Below, piece after piece: positions 27,248-35,671 of a stretch of 35,671 bases of DNA (its first letter is position 1; every line of letters begins with the position of its first letter). Under the pieces are notes generated by a model. That model saw only the letters and a list, made by a program, of their open reading frames with translations, made no database searches and had not been told where the DNA came from. The DNA is taken from the sequence record DRR723986_14220, one strand, 5' to 3'. The position numbers were made by a program, and so were the translations under genes.

Positions 27248-27315
27248 TTTTGCGCCAGAGGTCCTGCGGGTTTGTCCCGTGAAACGGAAATTATGGTTAA
27301 CGCGACAGACTGACT

Positions 27316-28218
27316 TCAGGCCGAGACGCCGTGGCTGAGATCCTTGAAGCTTTCGGCAACATGCTTGGCGAACGCATGAGTGGCTTTGCCCGCATGGGCC
27401 CGCTCGGCCATAAGAATGTGATAGTCGCCGATTTCCGGCAGGCCATGCCGTTCGTCCAGGGCCATCAGGGGCGCTTCGACAACACTCGCCGGAAAGGGAG
27501 CCACGGCAAGGTCCGCCAGCAGCGCGGCTTCCTGGCCGGCACTGTGAAAGCTGGTGTAGGAAACGCGGTAAGGCTTCTGGGCATCGTCCAGCGCAACCCG
27601 CGCAGCTCTGCGCCAGGGGCACCCGGGAGTGGAAACGGCAAGCGGCAACGGATCGCGCTCATAGGCGATACCACCTTCCAGTCCTACCCACACCAGCGGC
27701 TCGGTGAAGACGATTGTGCCTCCCCGCGCCAGTGCGGTACCCGGACGGGCGGTAAAGAGCGCAAGGTCCAGCTCCCCCTTCTTCACCTTCTCGTCCAGCA
27801 TCGGACTGCCATCGAGATGCACGTCCACGTTCACACCAGGATGAGAGCGTGCAAAGCGTGACAGGATGTTGGGCAGGAACCTGGTGCCGAAGTCGGACGG
27901 CGCTCCGAAGCGGACTTCGCCTTCCACTTCAGGAGACAGGAACAGCGAAACAGCTTCCTCGTTCAGCATCAGGATACGCCGCGCATATCCAAGCAAAGCT
28001 TCGCCTTCCGTAGTCATACGTACGGTGCGCCCTTCCCGGGCGAACACCGAAACCCCGAGGATCGATTCAAGTTTTTTGATCTGCATTGAGACTGCTGACG
28101 GCGTTCGCCCAACAAGCTCGGAAGCTTTTGAAAAACTTGAGGTTTCCGCGATTACCAAAAAGGTCCGGTAAAGATCCAGATCGATCAGCGGCATGCCGGT
28201 GCCGGGCAACTTTTGCAT
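27316..28218 (-). CDS. LysR-family transcriptional regulator (LrhA/PecT-like)
   Basis: IDLDLYRTFLVIAETSSFSKASELVGRTPSAVSMQIKKLE; EPLVWV, PLPLAV, CPWRRAA. Start is 28218 or 28194. Confidence 0.9.
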   Translation of the reverse strand: MQKLPGTGMPLIDLDLYRTFLVIAETSSFSKASELVGRTPSAVSMQIKKLESILGVSVFAREGRTVRMTTEGEALLGYARRILMLNEEAVSLFLSPEVEGEVRFGAPSDFGTRFLPNILSRFARSHPGVNVDVHLDGSPMLDEKVKKGELDLALFTARPGTALARGGTIVFTEPLVWVGLEGGIAYERDPLPLAVSTPGCPWRRAARVALDDAQKPYRVSYTSFHSAGQEAALLADLAVAPFPASVVEAPLMALDERHGLPEIGDYHILMAERAHAGKATHAFAKHVAESFKDLSHGVSA

Positions 28219-28241
28219 GGTCCAGATTTCCCGGAAGTTCA

Positions 28242-28278
28242 GTTCAATTTTTTTGAACGAATAGATGAATACTATTCG
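28242..28278. promoter_or_regulatory. LysR-type T-N11-A dyad and adjacent inverted repeat
   Basis: GTTCAA-TTTTT-TTGAAC (T28244-N11-A28256) and CGAATAG-N7-CTATTCG (28258-28278) in the divergent promoter. Confidence 0.55.
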
Positions 28279-28386
28279 ATTGATTGAACCGCAAGTTCTG
28301 CCCATATAGGAGGCAAGCGGCCTCGCGTTTAAGCAGTGGACCGCACTTTCTTGTAACAATCGAATACGCTCAGGATTGGCAACGCC

Positions 28387-28515
28387 ATGACCTATCTTGC
28401 ACAAGCCCTCGGCACCAACCTCATGGGTGTCGTCAGCGGACACACCACGGCAGAGCTGGCTCGTATGAACCAGGCCCTGCGCCAGCGCGAAGCTCAGAAG
28501 TCCAAGACACGCTGA
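28387..28515 (+). CDS. Small protein (42 aa) divergent from LysR
   Basis: MTYLAQALGTNLMGVVSGHTTAELARMNQALRQREAQKSKTR; AGGA 11 nt upstream; GC3-rich codons; below the ORF-track cutoff. Confidence 0.6.
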   Translation: MTYLAQALGTNLMGVVSGHTTAELARMNQALRQREAQKSKTR

Positions 28516-28593
28516 TCTGACGACCTGGAGGACTGTCGTTTGCCGGCCTGAAGCCGGCAATCTGACAATTTTCCAGAAGGTTCGAAATCAACG

Positions 28594-29421
28594 TCAGGCC
28601 AGCACGGGATACCCGCGCTCTGCCGCCTCGGCTTCCATCTTCAAGATGACCGCGTAATCGTCGGAAGACAGTTTCGAAAAGCCGTGAATGCCAAGGCGTT
28701 CACGGCTTTGTTGCGTTTCAGGCGCTGAAAGCACCTCGGCAACGGTATCGCTAATAAGAGCGTGTTCCCCATCGCTGAAACGGCGGGAAGTGATCAGCGG
28801 CAACCCGGGCGCAGATGCTGTGCGGGCAAGCGGCCGGACTTGAGCCGCCAGCTCCGGTATTTCCCGGCAGACCAGTGCCCAGCAGACTGCATCGATGGAA
28901 GCGATGTCGGCCTTGCCCTCCGCAACGGCCTTCACGGACGCCAGGTGGCTTCCGCTCACAATGACGTCTGAAAAGAAAGCGCCCTCAGTATCAAGCTGCG
29001 CCACCGCGTGACGGAAAGTATTCATGCCTGACTGGCTGTCCGATCCGTTGAAAACCGCCCGGTGACCGCGCAGGCCCTCCAGGTTTTGGTGGGAGCTGTC
29101 ATGCTTGACGATCAGCTGACTGCAATATCGTGGACCATCGCACCCTTCGGCATCGTAATGAGGCGTCCCCACGAGCCGGACCTTGTCCGCAAGCGCATGG
29201 GTCAGGGGGTATCCGCAGGTTTGCGACAAGAGGAGATCCGGGTCCGTCCAGGCCTCCACCAGATCTTGCCCACCCTGCCATGGCCGGATATCGCCTTCAC
29301 TCAGTCCCAGAACGCGGCAAAGCGCGCCCTGGAGCGCGCTTTCAAGATCCCGCGTGGCATGACGTACCTCCGGCCAGTCGTACATCGGCAGCCGGACAGC
29401 CAGAAAAGATCCACCGGTCAA
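28594..29421 (-). CDS. PhnD/SsuA/transferrin-fold phosphonate-binding-like protein without a signal peptide
   Basis: LPMYD, LLSQTCGYP, FNGSDSQSG, SGSHLASVKAVAEGKADIASID; TTG start overlaps the desaturase stop (TTGA). Confidence 0.8.
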   Translation of the reverse strand: MTGGSFLAVRLPMYDWPEVRHATRDLESALQGALCRVLGLSEGDIRPWQGGQDLVEAWTDPDLLLSQTCGYPLTHALADKVRLVGTPHYDAEGCDGPRYCSQLIVKHDSSHQNLEGLRGHRAVFNGSDSQSGMNTFRHAVAQLDTEGAFFSDVIVSGSHLASVKAVAEGKADIASIDAVCWALVCREIPELAAQVRPLARTASAPGLPLITSRRFSDGEHALISDTVAEVLSAPETQQSRERLGIHGFSKLSSDDYAVILKMEAEAAERGYPVLA

Positions 29422-30365
29422 GACACCGCCTTTTCCGCGGCAGAAAAACCGCTGGTCTCATTGTATTTGATCGGGTGCACAACGGGCTCCTTCACCTTGA
29501 AAAAATAGTGCCTGGCCAACTGGAAATAGCTCGCAAAGACATAACCGCCGTTCCGCTCCTGCCATTCTGAGCGGGCAGCACGGTAAATCTTCGGAAGATG
29601 ATACCAGGGCGCACGCGGATTGGCGTGATGAACGACATGGAGATTATTGTTCAGAAACAGAAGCGAGAACACCGGGCAGAACTCGACGATGATCGACCGC
29701 GCCTCCGCATGTTCATGCGCACGGTGCTCCGCATAGGTGCGCAGCATCAACAGGCTCATGCCCGGATAGGCGACGCCGAGAACATACAGCCAGAACGGCA
29801 TGCCGCCGACCAGAGTGACAAACAGGACAAGCGGCACCACACCGGCAACATGATGTGCCCAGGCGCGCATGACGACCTTGTCCCCCGCAAGCATCATCCG
29901 GATTTCGGCTCCCACGAAACCGACCATCGAGACCACCGGCCCGATCAGCAGCCGGCCCAACAGGGTGTTGTTGATCGTCAGGATCATTTGTATCGGACGA
30001 GGAAGGCTCTGCCAGTCTGACCAGGCCAGATAGTAGCTTTCCGGATCGTCATAGGGATCCGTCAGCCGGTCGTTGTTATGATGGCGCAGGTGAAGAGACT
30101 TGAAGCGGCGATACGGCACGCACAGGCCGAACGAGCAGTAGACCAGGGCTTCGTTGAGTGCGGGACTGCGCGTGGGGTGACCATGGAGTACCTCGTGTTG
30201 CAGCGAGGATTGCAGTGTCACCAGGATCGCTGCCAGGGGGCAGACCACGAAAGGTCCAAGCTCGGAATAGAACCCTATCAACAAAAACCAAGCCGACGAG
30301 CTGGCCAGAATCAGGGCCAATGTCGGCCACTCGCAGAATTTCGCGCGCGGCAAGGAAGTCTCCAA
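29418..30365 (-). CDS. Membrane fatty acid desaturase-family di-iron enzyme
   Basis: Histidine boxes HEVLH, HLRHH, HVVHH plus YAEHR; several TM segments. Confidence 0.88.
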   Translation of the reverse strand: METSLPRAKFCEWPTLALILASSSAWFLLIGFYSELGPFVVCPLAAILVTLQSSLQHEVLHGHPTRSPALNEALVYCSFGLCVPYRRFKSLHLRHHNNDRLTDPYDDPESYYLAWSDWQSLPRPIQMILTINNTLLGRLLIGPVVSMVGFVGAEIRMMLAGDKVVMRAWAHHVAGVVPLVLFVTLVGGMPFWLYVLGVAYPGMSLLMLRTYAEHRAHEHAEARSIIVEFCPVFSLLFLNNNLHVVHHANPRAPWYHLPKIYRAARSEWQERNGGYVFASYFQLARHYFFKVKEPVVHPIKYNETSGFSAAEKAVS

Positions 30366-30638
30366 ATGTTTGAAAAGTCGGCGTAAACCGACATGAACTG
30401 GTTTGACTATGCGCGCGGGCCATCTTCAGGACAATTTGAGACTTGAGAACAAATTCCACGATATTTAGCAAATTCAGCATGATGGTTTTATTTGTAAACA
30501 GATGATGATTTTTAGCTGCATCTGCAGCCTTTCCGACAAACGATATGACTGGATCGGAACATCAAGTGGCGGTTTTGCCGCTAGACAAAAAAGGGGCCGT
30601 CCTCTGTTCTGTGCGAAACGCCGGAAGGAAGGACAGCC

Positions 30639-31961
30639 ATGCCAACATCAAACGAAACGCCGAACCGCCATGACGTGATTATCATCGGTGCCGGCATCAT
30701 CGGTTGCGCCATCGCACTGTCCATGACACGCAAGGGCTACAAGACACTGAACGTCGACGCCCTGCCGGCAGCCGGCTATGGCTCCACCTCCAGCTCCGCG
30801 GCGGTGATCCGCACCTATTATTCCACGCGCGACGGCACGGCGATGGCCCTTGAAGGCTATCACGACTGGAAGAACTGGCAGGCCTATCTGGAAACGGAAG
30901 ACGCCGGGGAACTGGCGCATTTCATCGAGACCGGCACACTGGTGATGAAGACCGCATCCGACAACTACCAGAAGCATGTTCTGGAACATGCCGACGCCCT
31001 CGGCATCCCTTATGAACACTGGTCGGCCGACCGCATCACACAGGAACTCCCAGGCTACAACCTGGATTGTTTCGCCCCGGCGAAAACCATGGATGACGAC
31101 GACTTCGGCATGCCGACCGGTGGCGCGCTTCAGGGCGGTGTCTTCTTCCCGGCAGGTGGCTACGTCGACGATCCGCAAATCGCCGCCCGCAACCTGAAGG
31201 ATGCGGCAGCCAGGCTTGGGGCGCAGTTCCGCTTCAAGACCAGGATCGTCAAGATTCCGGTAGAGAACAACCGTGTCACCGGTGTTCTCACTGAAAACGG
31301 CGAACATATCCCGGCAGCTATCGTCATCAATGTCGCCGGCCCGCATTCCGGCAAGGTGAACGCGCTCCTGGAAGGCGAAACCGGACTGAAGATCGGCCAC
31401 CGCCCGTTGCGCCAGGAAGTGGTTCAGATCGCCCCGCCCCAAAGTCTGAATTATTCCCGCGAAGGTCTGGTCGTTTCAGACAACGACATCTCCGTCTACG
31501 TCAAGCCGGGCGGCGGCGGCCAGTTGATGATCGGCAGCCAGAACCCTGCCTGCGACCCGCATCTCGTGGAAGATCCCGACGATTTCGCCATGGACCTCAC
31601 CGACCGCGGTCTCACCTATGCCTACCGCTACTCTCAACGAGTACCCGAGCTGGGCGTTTCCCAACACCCTGTCGGTGTGGCAGCGCTCTATGATGCGACG
31701 GACGACTGGCTTCCGATTTACGACCGCACCAATGTCGACGGCTACTACCTGGCTATCGGAACCAGCGGCAACCAGTTCAAGAACGCAACCGTTGCCGGGC
31801 GCCTGATGACAGATCTGATCGGTTACTGCGAAGCTGGCAATGACCATGACGCCACGCCATTGCAATTCAAGCTGGAGCATGTCCCCCACACGCTCAACAC
31901 GGCCACGTTCTCCCGCAAGCGCGAGCTGACGAAGGAAAGTTCGTTTTCGGTGCTCGGGTAA
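30639..31961 (+). CDS. FAD-dependent oxidoreductase, DAO/sarcosine oxidase beta-like
   Basis: IIIGAGIIG, GYGSTSSSAAVIR, GYVDDP, YDATDDWLPIYD, GTSGNQFKNA; RBS GAAGGA. Confidence 0.88.
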   Translation: MPTSNETPNRHDVIIIGAGIIGCAIALSMTRKGYKTLNVDALPAAGYGSTSSSAAVIRTYYSTRDGTAMALEGYHDWKNWQAYLETEDAGELAHFIETGTLVMKTASDNYQKHVLEHADALGIPYEHWSADRITQELPGYNLDCFAPAKTMDDDDFGMPTGGALQGGVFFPAGGYVDDPQIAARNLKDAAARLGAQFRFKTRIVKIPVENNRVTGVLTENGEHIPAAIVINVAGPHSGKVNALLEGETGLKIGHRPLRQEVVQIAPPQSLNYSREGLVVSDNDISVYVKPGGGGQLMIGSQNPACDPHLVEDPDDFAMDLTDRGLTYAYRYSQRVPELGVSQHPVGVAALYDATDDWLPIYDRTNVDGYYLAIGTSGNQFKNATVAGRLMTDLIGYCEAGNDHDATPLQFKLEHVPHTLNTATFSRKRELTKESSFSVLG

Positions 31962-32007
31962 TTTCACTCAAGCTTCTGTTCTTCTGAGCCGAAATCGTAG
32001 GGGCGAT

Positions 32008-32048
32008 CCCCAACCATCCCCCTCATCCTGAGGAGGGGGAGGTTGGGG
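32008..32048. repeat. Strong hairpin containing one arm of the REP element
   Basis: CCCCAACC-A-TCCCCCTC-loop-GAGGGGGA-GGTTGGGG; CCTCATCCTGAGGAGG (32021-32036) is the reverse complement of the REP arm at 26447-26462. Confidence 0.7.
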
Positions 32049-32137
32049 CTAGGCCTGGGTTGGGGCTGAGTCTGGGTCTACGGCTGCGGCTGGGGTTGGA
32101 ACTACGGCAAGGTCTGAGGCTGGCGTCTGGATTGGAA
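32043..32137 (+). repeat. Degenerate G-rich hexamer array
   Basis: TTGGGG CTAGGC CTGGGT TGGGG CTGAGT CTGGGT CTACGG CTGCGG CTGGGG TTGGAA CTACGG CAAGGT CTGAGG CTGGCG TCTGGA TTGGAA. Confidence 0.6.
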
Positions 32138-32275
32138 ACGGCTCCTGTCTGGCTTCGCTGGACGAACGCCCGGTGCGCGCGCCTGAACATAACGGCCTCA
32201 AGCCCCCCAATTCCGCCGTGGTCGAATCGCCCGTTTCGGGGTAAGCAACCGGTTCTGATCCTGAAGGAGCATTCC

Positions 32276-33397
32276 GTGGCCTGGTCCCCGCAACAAGATG
32301 AAGCCCTGAAAGAAGCCGCTGCCTGGCTAAAGCGCGGCGACAGGCAGGTGTTCCGCCTGTTCGGCTTTGCGGGCACGGGCAAGACAACGCTTGCCCGCCA
32401 TCTGGCGGAAGGCATCGACGGCGACGTCTGTTTTGGCGCTTTCACCGGCAAGGCTGCGCATGTGCTGCGCCAGAAAGGCTGCGAGGATGCGGGCACGATC
32501 CATTCGCTGATCTACCGCCCCCGTTCGGCCAAGGAAGAAGACGACCTTGACGACGATGATGACGACAGCGGCCCGCAGTTTGCCATCAAGCGGGACAGCC
32601 AGGCTTCGACCGCGAGCCTGATCGTCATCGACGAATGCTCCATGGTGGACGAAGACCTGGGCAAGGACCTTCTGTCCTTCGGCACGCCCGTTCTGGTGCT
32701 GGGTGACCCGGCACAGCTGCCTCCGGTCAAGGGCGGCGGCTTTTTCACCGAAGCAGAACCCGACGTGATGCTGACCGAGGTTCACCGGCAGGCGCAGGAC
32801 AATCCGATCGTGCGCATGTCGATGACCATTCGCGACGGTGGCCAGCTCGACTACGGCACATTCGGCGAAAGCCGGGTGATCCACCGGCGCGACATCGACA
32901 AGGACCAGATCCTTGCCGCCGATCAGGTGCTGGTCGGCACCAACAAGACGCGCAGGCTCTACAACGCCCGCATTCGCGAGTTGAAGGATTTCTCCACTCC
33001 CATGCCAGCGGTCGGCGACAAGCTGGTGTGCCTCAGGAACGACAAGACCAAGGGGCTTTTGAACGGCGGTCTTTGGACGGTCAAGCGCCTGCGCCCCCCA
33101 CGCGGCAACACTTTGCGCTTCGATGTCGTGTCCGAGGACGAGCTCTCGAGAAACGCCGTCAAGGTGAAGGTGTTGCCGGCCATGTTCGAGGATGGCGCGG
33201 AAAGCATTCCCTATGCCATCCGGCGCAAGGCGGACGAATTCGACTACGGCTATGCGCTGACCGTCCACAAGGCCCAGGGCTCGCAGTGGGACAACGTTGT
33301 CCTGTTCGATGAAAGCTGGGCATTCCGCGAGCACAAGAGCCGCTGGCTTTATACCGCAGTCACCCGCGCCGCCGAGCAGATCACTGTCGTAAGATAG
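32276..33397 (+). CDS. ATP-dependent RecD-like (SF1B) DNA helicase, short form
   Basis: GFAGTGKTT, AFTGKAA, TIHSLIY, VIDECSMV, GDPAQLPPV, LTEVHRQ, ALTVHKAQGSQW, LYTAVTRA; GTG start at 32276 after AAGGAG. Confidence 0.9.
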   Translation: MAWSPQQDEALKEAAAWLKRGDRQVFRLFGFAGTGKTTLARHLAEGIDGDVCFGAFTGKAAHVLRQKGCEDAGTIHSLIYRPRSAKEEDDLDDDDDDSGPQFAIKRDSQASTASLIVIDECSMVDEDLGKDLLSFGTPVLVLGDPAQLPPVKGGGFFTEAEPDVMLTEVHRQAQDNPIVRMSMTIRDGGQLDYGTFGESRVIHRRDIDKDQILAADQVLVGTNKTRRLYNARIRELKDFSTPMPAVGDKLVCLRNDKTKGLLNGGLWTVKRLRPPRGNTLRFDVVSEDELSRNAVKVKVLPAMFEDGAESIPYAIRRKADEFDYGYALTVHKAQGSQWDNVVLFDESWAFREHKSRWLYTAVTRAAEQITVVR

Positions 33398-34031
33398 GCG
33401 AGTTGAACGCGGCTTCGGAAATCTCCTGCAGATCATTGCTTGCAGGAAGTGCCTGAAGACCGGTCTCGATAAAGGTTCTGAGGTCGTTCTCGCTGCTGCC
33501 ACTGCGCCCAAGCAGGGCAATTGCCGAAAACTGTCCGTCGATGAAGGTTGCCGTCCGGTCCACGTCCGTATCTTCAGACATCTCCCCCGCGGCAACCGCC
33601 TTTAAAAGGCGATCCCTGATGGCCTTGAACCGTGCAGCCCGAAGGTCCAGCACGACTTCCTGGTGCCGCTGAGCGCCGTATGTGCAGTCGACAAGCGCAT
33701 TGACGAGAAAACATCCAGCCGGCGTTTCCTTGTCCAGTGTCAGGTCCGCGACGGCACCGAGAAAATCCCGGAAGTCCTGGACAACGTGTTTTTCTGCCCG
33801 TTTCAACCTGGCAAAAACCGGCCCGCCGTAGGTTTCGAAATAGTGCAGAAGCGCCTTTTCGAACAGCGCTTCCTTGTCGCCGAACGCGGCATAAAGGCCC
33901 GGTTTGGCCATGCCTGACGCTTCGGCAAGATCGCTCATGGATGTGCCGGTATAGCCGTTCTGCCAAAAGGCGATCATCACGGAATGAAGAGCGTCTTTGG
34001 TATCGATTTTTCTTGGCCGTCCGCGCGCCAT
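33381..34031 (-). CDS. TetR/AcrR-family transcriptional regulator
   Basis: MARGRPRKID, FWQNGYTGTSMSDLAEASGMAKPGLYAAFGDKEALF, GCFLVN; RBS GAGGAG; 3' end overlaps the helicase by 17 bp. Confidence 0.92.
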   Translation of the reverse strand: MARGRPRKIDTKDALHSVMIAFWQNGYTGTSMSDLAEASGMAKPGLYAAFGDKEALFEKALLHYFETYGGPVFARLKRAEKHVVQDFRDFLGAVADLTLDKETPAGCFLVNALVDCTYGAQRHQEVVLDLRAARFKAIRDRLLKAVAAGEMSEDTDVDRTATFIDGQFSAIALLGRSGSSENDLRTFIETGLQALPASNDLQEISEAAFNSPILRQ

Positions 34032-34453
34032 CGGTCTGCACTCCTCATAACAAACCGTGTGATCCGGTTATTAAAGCTCGGGAACCTTGAACCTCGGCAG
34101 GATGTGCGCTCTTGCCCACCATGCGCACCACCAACCGACCACGACATCCTGTTGAAAGAATAGCTGCTCGTTTTCAACGCAGAATACGCAATTTATTGCA
34201 ATTCGTACAGGAACTACCCACCATTCAACCTAAAAGTGCATACCAAAACAATTTCACTGCACTGCCTGCGGTGAAATTGGTTCGCCATTGGGCTCAGCTC
34301 GTTTCAATCCGGCGCGCCCGATCCGGCAATCTTTCGGTATTTCACAGTGGACGGAGCTCATCGGTCCCTTTTCCGCCCGATTGAGGGGGCTTATCGTCTG
34401 CGGCTCAGATTTTTCTCGACGGAAAGTACCTTTCGTAAATGGCAAGCGTATCG

Positions 34454-35671
34454 ATGACCGACCCGACCACGTCCACTCCCAAGGCCGACCTGTCCGCCCA
34501 GACCGCCCTGCGCATCGCACAGAGGATCGCGGATGAAATCGGCTGCAAGGCCGGCCAGGTGAATTCGGCCGTCCAGATGCTGGACGAAGGTTCGACGGTG
34601 CCATTCATCGCCCGCTACCGGAAGGAAGCCACCGGCGGGCTTGACGACACCCAGCTGCGCAAGCTCGAAGAGCGGCTGATTTATCTGCGCGAAATGGAAG
34701 ACCGCCGCGTCGCCATAACCAAATCAATCGAAGAGCAGGGCAAGCTCACAGACGATCTTGTTGCCAGCATTCAGGCAGCCGATACAAAGTCCCAGCTTGA
34801 GGACATCTATCTGCCGTTCAAGAAGAAGCGTCGCACCAAGGCACAGATTGCCCGTGAAGCCGGCCTGGAACCGCTGGCCGACACTCTTCTGGGTGATCCC
34901 ACCCGAGACCCCGAAGCCGAAGCGGCCGCTTACGTGGATGAAGGCAAGGGCGTTGCCGACACCAAGGCGGCGCTTGACGGTGCTCGCCAGATCCTGATGG
35001 AACGCTTTGCCGAAAACGCCGAGCTGGTCGGCCGCCTGCGCCGCCATGTCGAGGAACGTGGTGTCGTTCAATCGAAACTCATCGACGGCATGGCGGAAAA
35101 AGGTGCGAAATTCGCCGACTATTTCGACTATTCCGAACAATGGTCCAAGATCCCGAGTCACCGCGCCCTTGCGCTGTTCCGTGGTCGCAACGAAGGCATC
35201 CTGTCTGTCGACCTGACGGTTGATGCTGACGACGTCTCCCCTGTCCTGCCCGCCGTAAAGATGGTTGCTGACACCTATGGCATCGCTGACCGGGGCCGCC
35301 CTGGCGACAAGTGGCTTATGGAAGCTGCGCGTTTCGCCTGGAAGGTGAAGCTTGCCCTGCACCTGGAACTCGACCTGATGGGTGTCCTGCGTGACAAGGC
35401 GGAAGAAGAAGCCATCCAGGTTTTTGCCCGCAACCTCAAGGATCTTCTGCTGGCAGCGCCCGCCGGCTCCAGAACCACACTCGGCCTCGATCCCGGCATC
35501 CGGACAGGTGTGAAGGTTGCCGTTGTCGATGCAACCGGCAAGCTGGTCGAAACCGCGACCATCTATCCGTTCCAGCCGCGCAATGATGTTTCCGGCTCCC
35601 GCGCCGCTCTCCTCGCCTTGATCGCGAAACACAAGGTCGGCCTGATCGCCATCGGCAACGGCACGGCCAGC
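34454..35671 (+). CDS. tex: Tex-family RNA-binding transcription accessory protein, N-terminal part (runs off the right edge)
   Basis: Manual translation: MLDEGSTVPFIARYRKEATGGLDDTQLR, LEDIYLPFKKKRRTKAQIAREAGLEPLA, SHRALALFRGRNEG, LGLDPGIRTGVKVAVVD, IAIGNGTAS. Confidence 0.95.
   Translation, partial: MTDPTTSTPKADLSAQTALRIAQRIADEIGCKAGQVNSAVQMLDEGSTVPFIARYRKEATGGLDDTQLRKLEERLIYLREMEDRRVAITKSIEEQGKLTDDLVASIQAADTKSQLEDIYLPFKKKRRTKAQIAREAGLEPLADTLLGDPTRDPEAEAAAYVDEGKGVADTKAALDGARQILMERFAENAELVGRLRRHVEERGVVQSKLIDGMAEKGAKFADYFDYSEQWSKIPSHRALALFRGRNEGILSVDLTVDADDVSPVLPAVKMVADTYGIADRGRPGDKWLMEAARFAWKVKLALHLELDLMGVLRDKAEEEAIQVFARNLKDLLLAAPAGSRTTLGLDPGIRTGVKVAVVDATGKLVETATIYPFQPRNDVSGSRAALLALIAKHKVGLIAIGNGTAS

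Noticed and set aside
28219..28560. 114-aa N-terminal extension of the LysR in the track
   Set aside because: LysR proteins begin at the HTH; the extension crosses the promoter and is antisense to the 42-aa sORF.
32060..32275. Leu-Gly/Leu-Arg repeat N-terminal extension of the helicase
   Set aside because: A strong RBS and GTG at 32276 match the start of the helicase core; the extension is a translation of the hexamer array.
34724..35632. 302-aa minus-strand ORF
   Set aside because: Antisense shadow of tex.

Overview
GC-rich alphaproteobacterial chromosomal segment. Gene content and repeat style suggest a marine Hyphomicrobiales member such as Roseibium/Labrenzia, but this is inference only. 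From left to right: the 5' part of a cadherin-domain adhesin, divergent from a type I secretion cassette (two ABC subunits plus HlyD); a ProXWV-type betaine ABC importer; LysR with a VOC protein and a GhrA-like dehydrogenase; a TIM-barrel isomerase; gndA; LysR with a Tat-exported metallo-beta-lactamase-fold hydrolase; an AfuABC/FbpABC-type importer with a convergent ATPase gene; an APH/choline-kinase-like protein; an MttB-family methyltransferase with a GcvT-family (dimethylglycine dehydrogenase-like) oxidoreductase; palindromic REP/RIME-like repeats; a small secreted protein; LysR with a divergent 42-aa sORF; a desaturase coupled to a PhnD-like protein; a DAO-family oxidoreductase; a short RecD-like helicase; TetR; and the 5' part of tex. 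I saw no rRNA, tRNA, CRISPR array, transposase or phage genes. The most notable observations are: both T1SS ABC subunits have degenerate ATPase motifs; the desaturase is coupled to a signal-less PhnD-like protein; the kinase-like protein beside mttB lacks its catalytic Asp; Pho-box-like motifs flank the 'iron' transporter; there is an unannotated 42-aa ORF; and there are CtrA-like boxes and several structured intergenic elements. All calls come from reading motifs by eye, and no database searches were run.
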